From Promethearchaeota archaeon (GTDB taxonomy: Archaea > Asgardarchaeota > Lokiarchaeia > Sigyniarchaeales > SOKP01), in the NCBI GenBank assembly GCA_048939995.1, contig JBHLOY010000005.1, forward strand, positions 155,853 to 218,535: a stretch of 62,683 bases of DNA. The letters run 5' to 3'. This document shows, piece by piece, positions 1 to 8,828 of the stretch (its first letter is position 1; each line of letters starts with the position of its first letter). The notes beneath the pieces were generated by a model. The model saw only the letters and a list, made by a program, of their open reading frames with translations. It searched no databases and was not told the DNA's origin. A program made the position numbers and the translations under genes.

Positions 1-53
1 TTTAACTTGAATTTGTTGCTCTTTAAATACTTTTTACGCGAATTATGATGATC

Positions 54-98
54 ACAAATTTTCTACCTTAACCTACAAATTTTCTACCTTAACCTACA
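54..98. repeat. 21-bp tandem direct repeat (ACAAATTTTCTACCTTAACCT x2 plus ACA)
   Basis: Exact copies at 54-74 and 75-95, partial third copy at 96-98. Confidence 0.9.
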
Positions 99-195
99 TC
101 CATTTTTGGTTTCTTCATTGGATTTCGCCTTTAGAGGATATGCGACTCTTCACATATTCTCTCTTATTTTTCCATTTATGAAAAAAGATTTTAAT

Positions 196-1176
196 TTAAG
201 GCTTAACGAGAATTTTAACAAAATGCCGACCGCTAGGCTGAAGAAATCGTTCGAAGGTTTTTTGCATCTCCTCTAGAGGGATCACTTCAGAAATGAATTC
301 ATTAGTATTAACTTTCCCTTTTCTAAACAACTCTATTGCTGCTAGAATATCTTCATGATCATGCCCCATGCATCCTTTCAAAGTAACTTCTTTGGAATTT
401 AACATAAATAGTGGGAAAGTGATATTTCCTTTATGGAACCCTTCTAACAGAATAGTACCACCTTTTTTAATGAAATTTATACCATTGGATATTGTTTCTT
501 CATTTCCAACGCAATCAAAAATAAAAGTTGGCTCTCCTAAATGCTTCGTAACTTTTTTTACTTTCACTCTACTCGTGCCAACTGCATCTGTAGCTCCCAT
601 TGCTATAGCCTTGTTCCTTAAAAACTCATTCGGCTCAACTATAACAACATAATTTGGACTTTTTTCTATCAATAATGCTTTGAGGGCGGTTAATCCAACA
701 TTTCCGCCACCAATAATCAATACATTCTCACCTTCCTCAATCTTAGAAAGTTTAAACGCTCTCATGATTAAAGCAAATGTTTCTATCATTACAGCATCTT
801 TAATACTTACATTATCAGGTATTGGAAATATCGAGATTTCAGGGGCTTTTACATACTCTGCAAACCCTCCATCTTGAAATATCCCCATTCCCTTTAACTC
901 CACTTGGTTTAAATCAAAGGATACATTTATACACGCTACTGGATCTCCCACCTTTACACCCGTAATACGTTCTCCTACCTCTTCTATTACACCTGTGATT
1001 TCATGACCCATCACTAATGGATAATTATACAATTTATATTTGAAATTTGTTATATCACTCCCACAAATCCCACAATAATGGACTCTGACTAATGCTTCAT
1101 CGGAATCAGGACTTGGTTTAGGATAATCTTCCCTATACACTATTTTTTGAATTTCCTCAATAACAGCAGCTCGAAT
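196..1176 (-). CDS. Zn-dependent medium-chain dehydrogenase (threonine/sorbitol dehydrogenase-like)
   Basis: CGICGSD, GHE and GGGNVG Rossmann motifs. ORF track starts at GTG 1140, but the frame stays open to ATT at 1176, giving the typical N-terminus (M)RAAVIEE after AGGAG. Confidence 0.85.
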   Translation of the reverse strand: MRAAVIEEIQKIVYREDYPKPSPDSDEALVRVHYCGICGSDITNFKYKLYNYPLVMGHEITGVIEEVGERITGVKVGDPVACINVSFDLNQVELKGMGIFQDGGFAEYVKAPEISIFPIPDNVSIKDAVMIETFALIMRAFKLSKIEEGENVLIIGGGNVGLTALKALLIEKSPNYVVIVEPNEFLRNKAIAMGATDAVGTSRVKVKKVTKHLGEPTFIFDCVGNEETISNGINFIKKGGTILLEGFHKGNITFPLFMLNSKEVTLKGCMGHDHEDILAAIELFRKGKVNTNEFISEVIPLEEMQKTFERFLQPSGRHFVKILVKP

Positions 1177-1266
1177 AAATTATTCATCTCCTATTTTTTA
1201 TTTAAATCCCTTCTCAAAATAAATAATTATATGAGCAAATATTCGAAAAAATTAATAATTTCAGAC

Positions 1267-2061
1267 TTAAGTGGATAGTATTTTGGAAAAATAATTTTTT
1301 AGGGAAATCAGAGTTTTCTCAAATTTATCTGCAAAATCTTTTGGTAATTCAGGAATTAACAAAAATAATATATCAAATAATTTAAAACTCGCTTTTATTA
1401 ACTCTTTTAATTCAAACTTCACAAAAGATTTCAGCAAATTTATTAAAACGGCCTCATCCACAACTTCTTCCACATTTTTAAACTCTTCATCAAAGATTTG
1501 ATTCTTCACACCATAAATGAGTTTTATAATTCTATTTCTTAAAGTTTCTAAATGATAATGAGCAACCCAGAGATTATTTCTAGCTAGCTGATGAATTAGA
1601 TTTATAATGTTATACGGAATAAAGTCTAATTCATGAGAAATTATAGATGTATAGTTTACATCAAATTGAATTGTTTTCTCTTTTAACAATGATTTTAAGG
1701 TTCCTGTCTTATCAATTTCAATTTTAAAAGGACCAAAAATTTGAAGTATAGATGGAGTAGTATAACAAAAATCAACTTCTAAACAATCCTCATAAATTAC
1801 TCCATATAATTGACAATTTCCCCAATCAACTTCAAATGTCGAAAGAATCGACCCAATTTTTTCAGCAAGTAATCGCCTTTTAGCGTAGATCTCATCAATA
1901 TCTTTATCATCCACTAAAAGATATAGATCGATATCTGAAAAAGAGTCGAAATTGCCTTGAGCGAGTGAGCCTACTACCCACATTCCCAATATACCATCCT
2001 CCCGTTGAATCACATCTTTAATTCTTCCTAAAACAGTTTCCTGTCTGTTTATATTCTTCAC
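1267..2061 (-). CDS. Nucleotidyltransferase, aminoglycoside/lincosamide adenylyltransferase-like
   Basis: GSLAQG..DSFSDIDL pol-beta NTase motif followed by a helical C-terminal domain. Confidence 0.7.
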   Translation of the reverse strand: MKNINRQETVLGRIKDVIQREDGILGMWVVGSLAQGNFDSFSDIDLYLLVDDKDIDEIYAKRRLLAEKIGSILSTFEVDWGNCQLYGVIYEDCLEVDFCYTTPSILQIFGPFKIEIDKTGTLKSLLKEKTIQFDVNYTSIISHELDFIPYNIINLIHQLARNNLWVAHYHLETLRNRIIKLIYGVKNQIFDEEFKNVEEVVDEAVLINLLKSFVKFELKELIKASFKLFDILFLLIPELPKDFADKFEKTLISLKNYFSKILST

Positions 2062-2221
2062 CAGAATCTCATTATCTTCATTTAACTAAATTCAAATATT
2101 CACTTATTTTGAGCCATAATTTCTAAAAATTAATAATCTTAATACCCCATTTTTTTTTAAATTTCGTTGAGGTATACTATGAATAATAAAGCAATTTATA
2201 CTCAAGAAATATCTTCTTGAA

Positions 2222-2404
2222 GTGATCATAATTTTAAGCCAGTCAAATTTTAAAATTGAAAAATGTTTGCTCTTTTGTCCTTTCTCTTACTCTTGCAACC
2301 TCCCCAAATGTGAAATAATCTGCAATTTCCCTGACTATAAAATCTGCCCCGATTATCAAATTAAACTATTAAGATTGAAATCATCATCGAAAACTTTACA
2401 TTAG
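2222..2404 (+). CDS. Small Cys-rich protein (putative metal-binding)
   Basis: 60 aa with 6 Cys (CLLFCPF..C...C...C...CPDY); occupies an intergenic gap. Confidence 0.5.
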   Translation: MIIILSQSNFKIEKCLLFCPFSYSCNLPKCEIICNFPDYKICPDYQIKLLRLKSSSKTLH

Positions 2405-2468
2405 TATTACATTGGTTTTTCTTAGAAATTTATTTCATTTTAGAATAAGATTGCATTAAAGAAGAAAT

Positions 2469-3281
2469 CTATTTTTTTAATATAGCATGGCAATTTGAAC
2501 AATACTCATCAGTAGGAGAATTTTCAGTCTTACACTTTTTACAGATCAATATTCCCGTCTTATAGTAAATAGAAGAAATAACATCTTGGAGCTTACCATA
2601 ATTTTGCTCATCTATTAAGTTAACAAAAATTTTTTTATGCTGGTCAGATTTCAAACAGTATTCAATTCCTCCTTGATGTAACCTTAAATCCATCATTCCT
2701 GTATGTGGAAATTGATAGCCAAAGCAACTCTTTTGTTCTGAATCCAATTGTTTGTGTAAATCTCTTATTTCGAATATAGCACCACGCATCTTTCCCGCAG
2801 AATAGGCAGTACCCATTAATCCTCCAAATATTGTAGCATAAGAAGATCCAGCCTTTAAAAATCCATGCGCTATAATTCTATAATTTGTAATATATATAAT
2901 GGCACTAGTGATTTGAAATTTGATATTTCCCATAACTACTCTTGGAACATAATAACCCACTTTTCCATAGTATTCATGTAAAATCTTTTCACCACTATAA
3001 AAACTATATTTTTCCATAATATATCTTTCCATTTCTCTGAATTTTTCTATTGGAATAGTACCTCGCACCCCCTGATAGAGTTTCTCTGAAAATAATATAG
3101 GATCATAGTTCATTACCTCTCCGATTAGATCGTAGATCTGAGTATCAGTTAGAAATTTATATTCCGGAATTACTTTCAACTGGAATCTGGTAAAAAGACG
3201 AATGATTTCGTTTATCTTTCTTCTTTTAACCAGAGCTTTAAGTTCATTTAGTACATGAACAAATTGATTATTATCAATCAA
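2469..3281 (-). CDS. Hypothetical protein with PH/GRAM-like core and C-terminal zinc ribbon
   Basis: IYITNYRII resembles the GRAM/PH LxLTNxRxI strand; C-terminal CKKC-x3-N-x6-CSNC. Confidence 0.55.
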   Translation of the reverse strand: MIDNNQFVHVLNELKALVKRRKINEIIRLFTRFQLKVIPEYKFLTDTQIYDLIGEVMNYDPILFSEKLYQGVRGTIPIEKFREMERYIMEKYSFYSGEKILHEYYGKVGYYVPRVVMGNIKFQITSAIIYITNYRIIAHGFLKAGSSYATIFGGLMGTAYSAGKMRGAIFEIRDLHKQLDSEQKSCFGYQFPHTGMMDLRLHQGGIEYCLKSDQHKKIFVNLIDEQNYGKLQDVISSIYYKTGILICKKCKTENSPTDEYCSNCHAILKK

Positions 3282-3388
3282 TCTCTAAGCCTTTTTTAAG
3301 TCATTTTGAAGTAATATATTATATAATTGAATGGTTATATTAAATTCTTATAAAAAATTATTAATAAAAAAAGGTAGGAAAAAAAATT

Positions 3389-3673
3389 TTATAGTTCTTC
3401 CTCAACCACTAATTCGTCTAGAGTAATATTAACATCTAACTCAGCATTCTGGATTTTTTTAACCACTTTTCGCAATCCATAGTCATTTAATATTAACTCT
3501 ATCAAATTCTTATATAGGCCTTCGATGTTCTCTTTACCCGCCTCCATATATATCTGCTCATCTGGGAGGCAAATATTGAGGATATCATAAAGGCCCTTGA
3601 TTGATTCCTTAATATTTTTGAAGTTCTCTTCGGCCTTCTCGACCATTTCATCCCTAAAATTTGTGTATGCCAT
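3389..3673 (-). CDS. Hypothetical helical protein
   Basis: 94-aa ORF, ATG start preceded by an AGGTGAT Shine-Dalgarno. Confidence 0.75.
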   Translation of the reverse strand: MAYTNFRDEMVEKAEENFKNIKESIKGLYDILNICLPDEQIYMEAGKENIEGLYKNLIELILNDYGLRKVVKKIQNAELDVNITLDELVVEEEL

Positions 3674-4068
3674 TTTTATTAATCACCTAAGTGATAATAA
3701 GTAACCAAACTATATAAATTGATCACTAATTGATCGAAAATAAAAATCCAAAAGTCAAAAAACAATAACAAAAACACAAACAAACCGCCGCAAAAGTAGG
3801 AAAAACGTAAAAATAAACGGAACCCTAATTATCCATTTTATGAAAAACACTAAAAACAATTGCTGAAATAGATCATTACTTAACGAAATGAATAAAAATT
3901 TTAGTAAAATAAAGGAAAAGTCGAAATTTTAGTGGGTTAATTTTTCCTAAATCATATATTTGAATGATATTAAACTAAATGAAATAAAGAATTATCATTT
4001 TCGATCAGGGATTATAAATAAATGAAAGATAAGACTTATTTCCCACCCAAAAAATGCTGAAAAAAAAT

Positions 4069-4299
4069 TGTTGCACATTATTTAAAAATGAAATTTTTAG
4101 GATGCTGAATTAATCCTTGAATCTTTTGATTTGACAACATTTGTGCAACATTTTTTCATAAATTTGCTAATACAATATAGGGGTTTGGGGGCGGTATGTA
4201 CACCCGTACCATGACATATGCATAGATTACTAGCTTCAGCCTCCTAATCCCCAAATTCAAAAACCAGAAGTTTTACTAATTTTTTGCAATTGTTGTACA
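4069..4299. promoter_or_regulatory. Repeated TGTTG(C/T)ACA boxes in both orientations
   Basis: TGTTGCACA 4069-4077, inverted TGTGCAACA 4142-4150, TGTTGTACA 4291-4299, degenerate inverted copy 4131-4139. Confidence 0.45.
4180..4253 (+). other. GC-rich stem-loop element (candidate ncRNA or cis-element)
   Basis: GGGGTTTGGGGGC pairs imperfectly with GCCTCCTAATCCCC and encloses the hairpin GGTATG-TACACC-CGTACC; a GC island in AT-rich DNA. Confidence 0.4.
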
Positions 4300-4377
4300 A
4301 TTTTAATTATATAATCTCTTCTAATTTTTGATTTAAGCTAGGTTATATTTATATCGTTAGTTGAGCATTAAATTATT

Positions 4378-4779
4378 ATGAGAAAGGCAGAAAAAATCAC
4401 ATTTATTCTAATAGTAATCGCAATCTTTTATCTCAGTTCTATTTTTATCATCAACGCATTTGTTAAAGAATCTGTGATAACTGAATATATTTCCGCCCTC
4501 ATATTTGTGGTTTTTCTATCAGGATTGTTTATTTTTTTTGGATATTTAATTATTAAAAAAGAAACTTATATAAGATCACAAAAAATCTTTTTAATCCTCT
4601 TTTTAATAATTGTCGGCGTTATTGAAGTAATTCTTATAATTATTGCTATTATTTCAGGTTTATGGATTTACTATCCTATTATAGGAATCTTCACTTGTAT
4701 ATCTCTTGCTGCTTTTAGTTCAATTATTTCAGTTATTGAATTAAGAATTTCAAAAAAAAAAGCCTTTTCAAAACTTTAA
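4378..4779 (+). CDS. Hypothetical membrane protein (about 4 TM)
   Basis: Four hydrophobic stretches in 133 aa. Confidence 0.65.
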   Translation: MRKAEKITFILIVIAIFYLSSIFIINAFVKESVITEYISALIFVVFLSGLFIFFGYLIIKKETYIRSQKIFLILFLIIVGVIEVILIIIAIISGLWIYYPIIGIFTCISLAAFSSIISVIELRISKKKAFSKL

Positions 4780-4816
4780 GAATTAGAGAAAAAAATTGGT
4801 GAATATTAAGAGCAAT

Positions 4817-5137
4817 CTATTCGGGCGGTTTCATTCCCAGTAGTGCCATTGCTTCGACGGCTGTACGCCACACTTCTATTTCATATTTGAATCCTTCGAT
4901 TTTATGGTACATGATTTGGACATTTTGATAATGATTTAAGGTTTCTTCAAGTCTTCCTTCCTTTACCTCAAATATTTCGATGGACATTATAGCACACTCA
5001 TTTGATCTGATAGCCGTAGCTAAAGATTTTCCTAAAGACCTGTCGGGACGATATTTTTTCAATTCTTCCATATAAACATTAGCAACTTCTTCTGCTTTAT
5101 GGGGGGGAAACCAAGTTTTTATTAAGACATACGGCAA
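4817..5137 (-). CDS. Small hypothetical alpha/beta protein
   Basis: TTG start after GAGGT SD; globular composition. Confidence 0.7.
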   Translation of the reverse strand: MPYVLIKTWFPPHKAEEVANVYMEELKKYRPDRSLGKSLATAIRSNECAIMSIEIFEVKEGRLEETLNHYQNVQIMYHKIEGFKYEIEVWRTAVEAMALLGMKPPE

Positions 5138-5296
5138 ATTTCTTACCTCTCTCTTTATTTTAGAAATTAAATTGGATTTTGAAGTAAAGAAATAATTAAT
5201 TGCTTTTTATTTAAATATTACAATTTTGTAAGTTTCAGATTTAATTTTGCTGGATTTTGGTAGATAATGAGAGTTTTAGTAATTCTATGATGATTC

Positions 5297-5332
5297 ACTT
5301 GATAATGTTAAGTAATTAGTTGACAAAGTCAA
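5297..5332. promoter_or_regulatory. Tandem palindromic operator, likely for the MarR-GNAT regulator
   Basis: TTGACAAAGTCAA (5320-5332) and ACTTGATAATGTTAAGT (5297-5313), both TTGA-N5-TYAA, 40-75 bp upstream of the gene. Confidence 0.55.
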
Positions 5333-5371
5333 GATTTATATTGATAGAATCATAATATATGATGAATACTA

Positions 5372-6295
5372 ATGAAAGCAAACTTGGAAAGAATTGCAAA
5401 AATACGTAGTTTTAATCGTTTCTATACTAATTTGTTAGGATTGTTAGATAAAACGCTCCTAAAAAGTAAATATTCTTTAACTGAAGTAAGAATCATGTTT
5501 GAAATTAACCGTTTAACGACGACAACTGCGAGTGAGCTTGTTAAAATACTTCATTTGGATCCAGCATACCTCAGCCGAATATTGAATAGTTTTGAAGCGA
5601 AAGGGTTAATTCAAAAGAAACAATCAAATAAGGATTTACGTAAACAAATTCTTTCACTAGCATCAGACGGAAAACAAGTGATTTCGGAACTTCAAGATAG
5701 AGCAAATAATCAAATTAAAGTATTGCTTACCGACATATCGGATGAACAGCAAGATCAACTAATCAATTCAATGAGCATTATCGAAAGAATTTTTAAGAGT
5801 GAAACTAAAAAACCAGAATTTTATAGCTTACGTTCTCATAGACCTGGTGATATCGGATATATAACACACAGACATGGAGTGCTTTATACAAAGGAATATC
5901 AACTTGATGAGACTTTTGAAGCTTATGTGGCTAAATACATGGCAGAATTTATTGAAAGTTATGATTCAAAAAAAGAAAAATTATGGATTGTTGAGCAGGG
6001 AAATGAGATTATAGGTTCAATTGCTATTAGTAAAATTGACGACAAAAATGCGCAACTCCGATGGCTTCTTGTTGAACCTCACATGCGAAATTATGGAATT
6101 GGAACAAAATTAATTCATGAGGCACTTAATTTCAGCAAAAATCAAGGTTATCAGAAAGTTATATTAGGGACTTTCAGTGATCTTATAATAGCTCGTAGAT
6201 TATATGAAAAGCATGGATTTAAACTAGTTGAGTCAAAAACTCACCCTATTTGGGGGCAAGATTTAACTGAAGAGCAATGGGAATTGATATTATAA
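5372..6295 (+). CDS. Bifunctional MarR-family regulator / GNAT acetyltransferase
   Basis: N-terminal wHTH (LDPAYLSRIL..FEAKGLI..DLRKQ); C-terminal GNAT (QLRWLLVEP..RNYGIG, ARRLYEKHGF). Confidence 0.9.
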   Translation: MKANLERIAKIRSFNRFYTNLLGLLDKTLLKSKYSLTEVRIMFEINRLTTTTASELVKILHLDPAYLSRILNSFEAKGLIQKKQSNKDLRKQILSLASDGKQVISELQDRANNQIKVLLTDISDEQQDQLINSMSIIERIFKSETKKPEFYSLRSHRPGDIGYITHRHGVLYTKEYQLDETFEAYVAKYMAEFIESYDSKKEKLWIVEQGNEIIGSIAISKIDDKNAQLRWLLVEPHMRNYGIGTKLIHEALNFSKNQGYQKVILGTFSDLIIARRLYEKHGFKLVESKTHPIWGQDLTEEQWELIL

Positions 6296-6404
6296 TTTAT
6301 GGATTTATACTTGGTAGTTGATATATAGGATATATAAAAAATTCATAAACAATTATAAATTTGGGAATTAAAGTCAAAATACTATTATTTATGAAGTTAG
6401 GAGA

Positions 6405-7247
6405 ATGGATGTAAATAAGCAATGGTTTATTAATAAAATCAATCAATTCCTTGAAAATGATGAATGTAATAGACTGAATAAGCTTGATAGGTCACTTATT
6501 TTCGAACCAGACGTACTTGTAGGAATTGCTGATGGAAATGATGATATTTATACTAGATATAAAAGTATTATTGGTGATTTTTATCTAAGTCCTTCTGAGG
6601 CTTATGAATGGTATTGTAAAAAGAATAATATTAAATTTAGTGATAAAAATCTAAGTGTAGTAGCTTATATTCTACCTATCAATCATAAAACTAAAATGGA
6701 GAACCTAAATTATTCTAAAACCATGCCCTCTGAAAGATGGGCTCATACAAGGCTTTTTGGGGAAGAAGCAAATATGAACATCCAAGTATTCTTAGTAGAG
6801 GAGTTAAAAAAGCTTGGAATAAATGCATTTGCTCCTACTCTTGATAAGAACTTATTTAAGATTAACCGAAAAATTTGGGCATCTAACTGGTCTCATCGAC
6901 ATAATTGTTTCGCGGCAGGTTTGGGTTCTTTTGGATTATCTGATGGTTTTATCAATGCACAAGGAAAAGCAATGAGGTGTGGCAGTATTATAATTGATTT
7001 AAAACTTCCAAATAATGGGAGTGATCGCCCCCAAGATCCTTATGAATTTTGTATTAAGTGTGGAGACTGTATTTCTAGATGTCCTGTAAATGCTATATCC
7101 TTCGAAAATCGTCATAATAAAATGATTTGTGCTACCCACCTGACAGGAACAATTCCTTTTATCAATCAAACTTATGGTATCAATATTTTTGCCTGTGGTT
7201 TATGCCAAGTAGGAGTCTCGTGCTCAGATGGTATTCCAAAAAAGTAA
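6405..7247 (+). CDS. QueG/epoxyqueuosine reductase-like 4Fe-4S protein
   Basis: WSHRH..AAGLGSFG motif, CIKCGDCISRCP and C..CGLCQ..C clusters. Confidence 0.75.
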   Translation: MDVNKQWFINKINQFLENDECNRLNKLDRSLIFEPDVLVGIADGNDDIYTRYKSIIGDFYLSPSEAYEWYCKKNNIKFSDKNLSVVAYILPINHKTKMENLNYSKTMPSERWAHTRLFGEEANMNIQVFLVEELKKLGINAFAPTLDKNLFKINRKIWASNWSHRHNCFAAGLGSFGLSDGFINAQGKAMRCGSIIIDLKLPNNGSDRPQDPYEFCIKCGDCISRCPVNAISFENRHNKMICATHLTGTIPFINQTYGINIFACGLCQVGVSCSDGIPKK

Positions 7248-7299
7248 ATAATTGGCACTTTTAATAAAAGTTTTTAATTTGAATGTTTTTTGTTATACC

Positions 7300-8127
7300 A
7301 TGGAAGATAATAATGACTCCAAAGATCCCATCGGAAATTATTCTATTAAACAATTTTCGAAAAATCGTCGATTACTGAGTGAAATTTATGATGAGTTCTT
7401 GAAAAAGCATTATATGACTGGATTTTTTGAAGTAGATGTAACACTTGGGAAGAACCTTATAAAGCAATATGAGGAGAACTCAGGGGAGCGGATATCTTTC
7501 TCGGGGTGGATCGCAAAATGTATTAGTAAGGCAGTTTCTAAATTTCCTGAGGTCAACTCTTATCGTACTGGTAAGAAAAAAGTTATTCAATTTGAGGATA
7601 TAGATATAATTATTATGATAGAACGAGAAGTACAAGGTAAAATGATTCCGGTGCCATATTCTATCCGTAAGACTGAAATAAAGGATTTATTGACCATTTC
7701 CCGGGAAATTCGATTTGCGCAAAAGAAACTTGTATCCGAGGAGGAGCAAATCTTAGAGCAAGGCTTGAAAGTTAAACTTTTCAATCTTATACCTAAAGGG
7801 ATACGAAGAAATCTAATGCGAAGGATGATAAGGGATCCAATTTATATAAAAAAACAAGGAGGACTGATTGTCATTACTGCGGTAGGAATGTTCACCAATA
7901 CACGACTTTGGGTTGGAGGATTCGGCGGTATTACAACGCTTAATATAGCATTGGGAGGAATAACAAAACGATTAATAAAGATTGATAATGACATTGTAGA
8001 ACATGAATTCTTACAAATCACAGCACATTTAGATCATGATATTGTGGATGGTGGTCCAGCCACTCGATTCCAAGCATATGTGGTCAAATTAATAGAAGAA
8101 GGATATGGATTAACTGAGTTATCCTAG
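7300..8127 (+). CDS. Stand-alone 2-oxoacid dehydrogenase E2-type acyltransferase catalytic domain
   Basis: DHDIVDGGPATRF catalytic motif; no lipoyl domain; ATG at 7300 preferred over TTG at 7252. Confidence 0.8.
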   Translation: MEDNNDSKDPIGNYSIKQFSKNRRLLSEIYDEFLKKHYMTGFFEVDVTLGKNLIKQYEENSGERISFSGWIAKCISKAVSKFPEVNSYRTGKKKVIQFEDIDIIIMIEREVQGKMIPVPYSIRKTEIKDLLTISREIRFAQKKLVSEEEQILEQGLKVKLFNLIPKGIRRNLMRRMIRDPIYIKKQGGLIVITAVGMFTNTRLWVGGFGGITTLNIALGGITKRLIKIDNDIVEHEFLQITAHLDHDIVDGGPATRFQAYVVKLIEEGYGLTELS

Positions 8128-8169
8128 ATCGAATATAATAGGAATAATAAAAATAGTAATAATTCTTCC

Positions 8170-8673
8170 TTACTTGAGATTCCAGATCATGGCGCATTCC
8201 CCTACTCCACCTTTCTGGACGCCTTCAAATCGTAAATTTTTAAATCCAAACTTTTTTCTAACTTTACTTAAGACACCCATAATAACTTGGGGGAACATAC
8301 ACGATGGAGTTCCGTTGTCATGAAGTTTATAATAGGTATTTGCATAACACATTTTACAACTATCTTGTTTTGCGAGTAATTTTATAGCGTTTCCATTTTC
8401 ATCTTTATGAAGCGCTACCTTAGCATTATCGGTAATAGCCCACTCCTTTTCTAAAAACTGTTGCAATCGGTCAAGAAATTCATCAATAGTTTCAATTCCT
8501 TCGTCATCAAATTCACTACCAATAATCCTTCCAATTTTTGTAAAGATCTCTCCCTTTTGTTCATGAGGGATGGCTTTTTGTAGGGCATACCATACCTTAA
8601 AGAAAGTACTATAAGGAACAGTTTCATAGCGTGTCTGTAAATTTTTTACTTCATCTTGGGTTAAGGTTCCCAT
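8170..8673 (-). CDS. V4R / methanogen-output-domain-like ligand-binding protein
   Basis: Helical N-terminal GRIIG segment, then C..C, CMFP and terminal GEC pattern typical of V4R folds. Confidence 0.5.
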   Translation of the reverse strand: MGTLTQDEVKNLQTRYETVPYSTFFKVWYALQKAIPHEQKGEIFTKIGRIIGSEFDDEGIETIDEFLDRLQQFLEKEWAITDNAKVALHKDENGNAIKLLAKQDSCKMCYANTYYKLHDNGTPSCMFPQVIMGVLSKVRKKFGFKNLRFEGVQKGGVGECAMIWNLK

Positions 8674-8828
8674 ATTCTATCACTTTAAATCTGTTTAATT
8701 TAGAATAAGAGACAGAAATCAAAAAGGTTCTTTTTATATCATATAAGGAAAAATCTCATAATTCTTAGATGAATTTAGATGATTATAGTTTGGATTTATA
8801 TATAATTAATATCTTCAGATGGTAGCAC

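Noticed and set aside
54-98. CRISPR array
   Set aside because: Only two adjacent copies with no spacers, and no cas genes in the window.
368-877. Plus-strand ORFs 368-652 and 680-877
   Set aside because: Antisense shadows of the dehydrogenase gene.
4180-4253. tRNA gene (74 nt, starts GGGG, ends CCA)
   Set aside because: No TTCRA T-loop, D-loop or anticodon arm geometry; kept only as a generic structured element.
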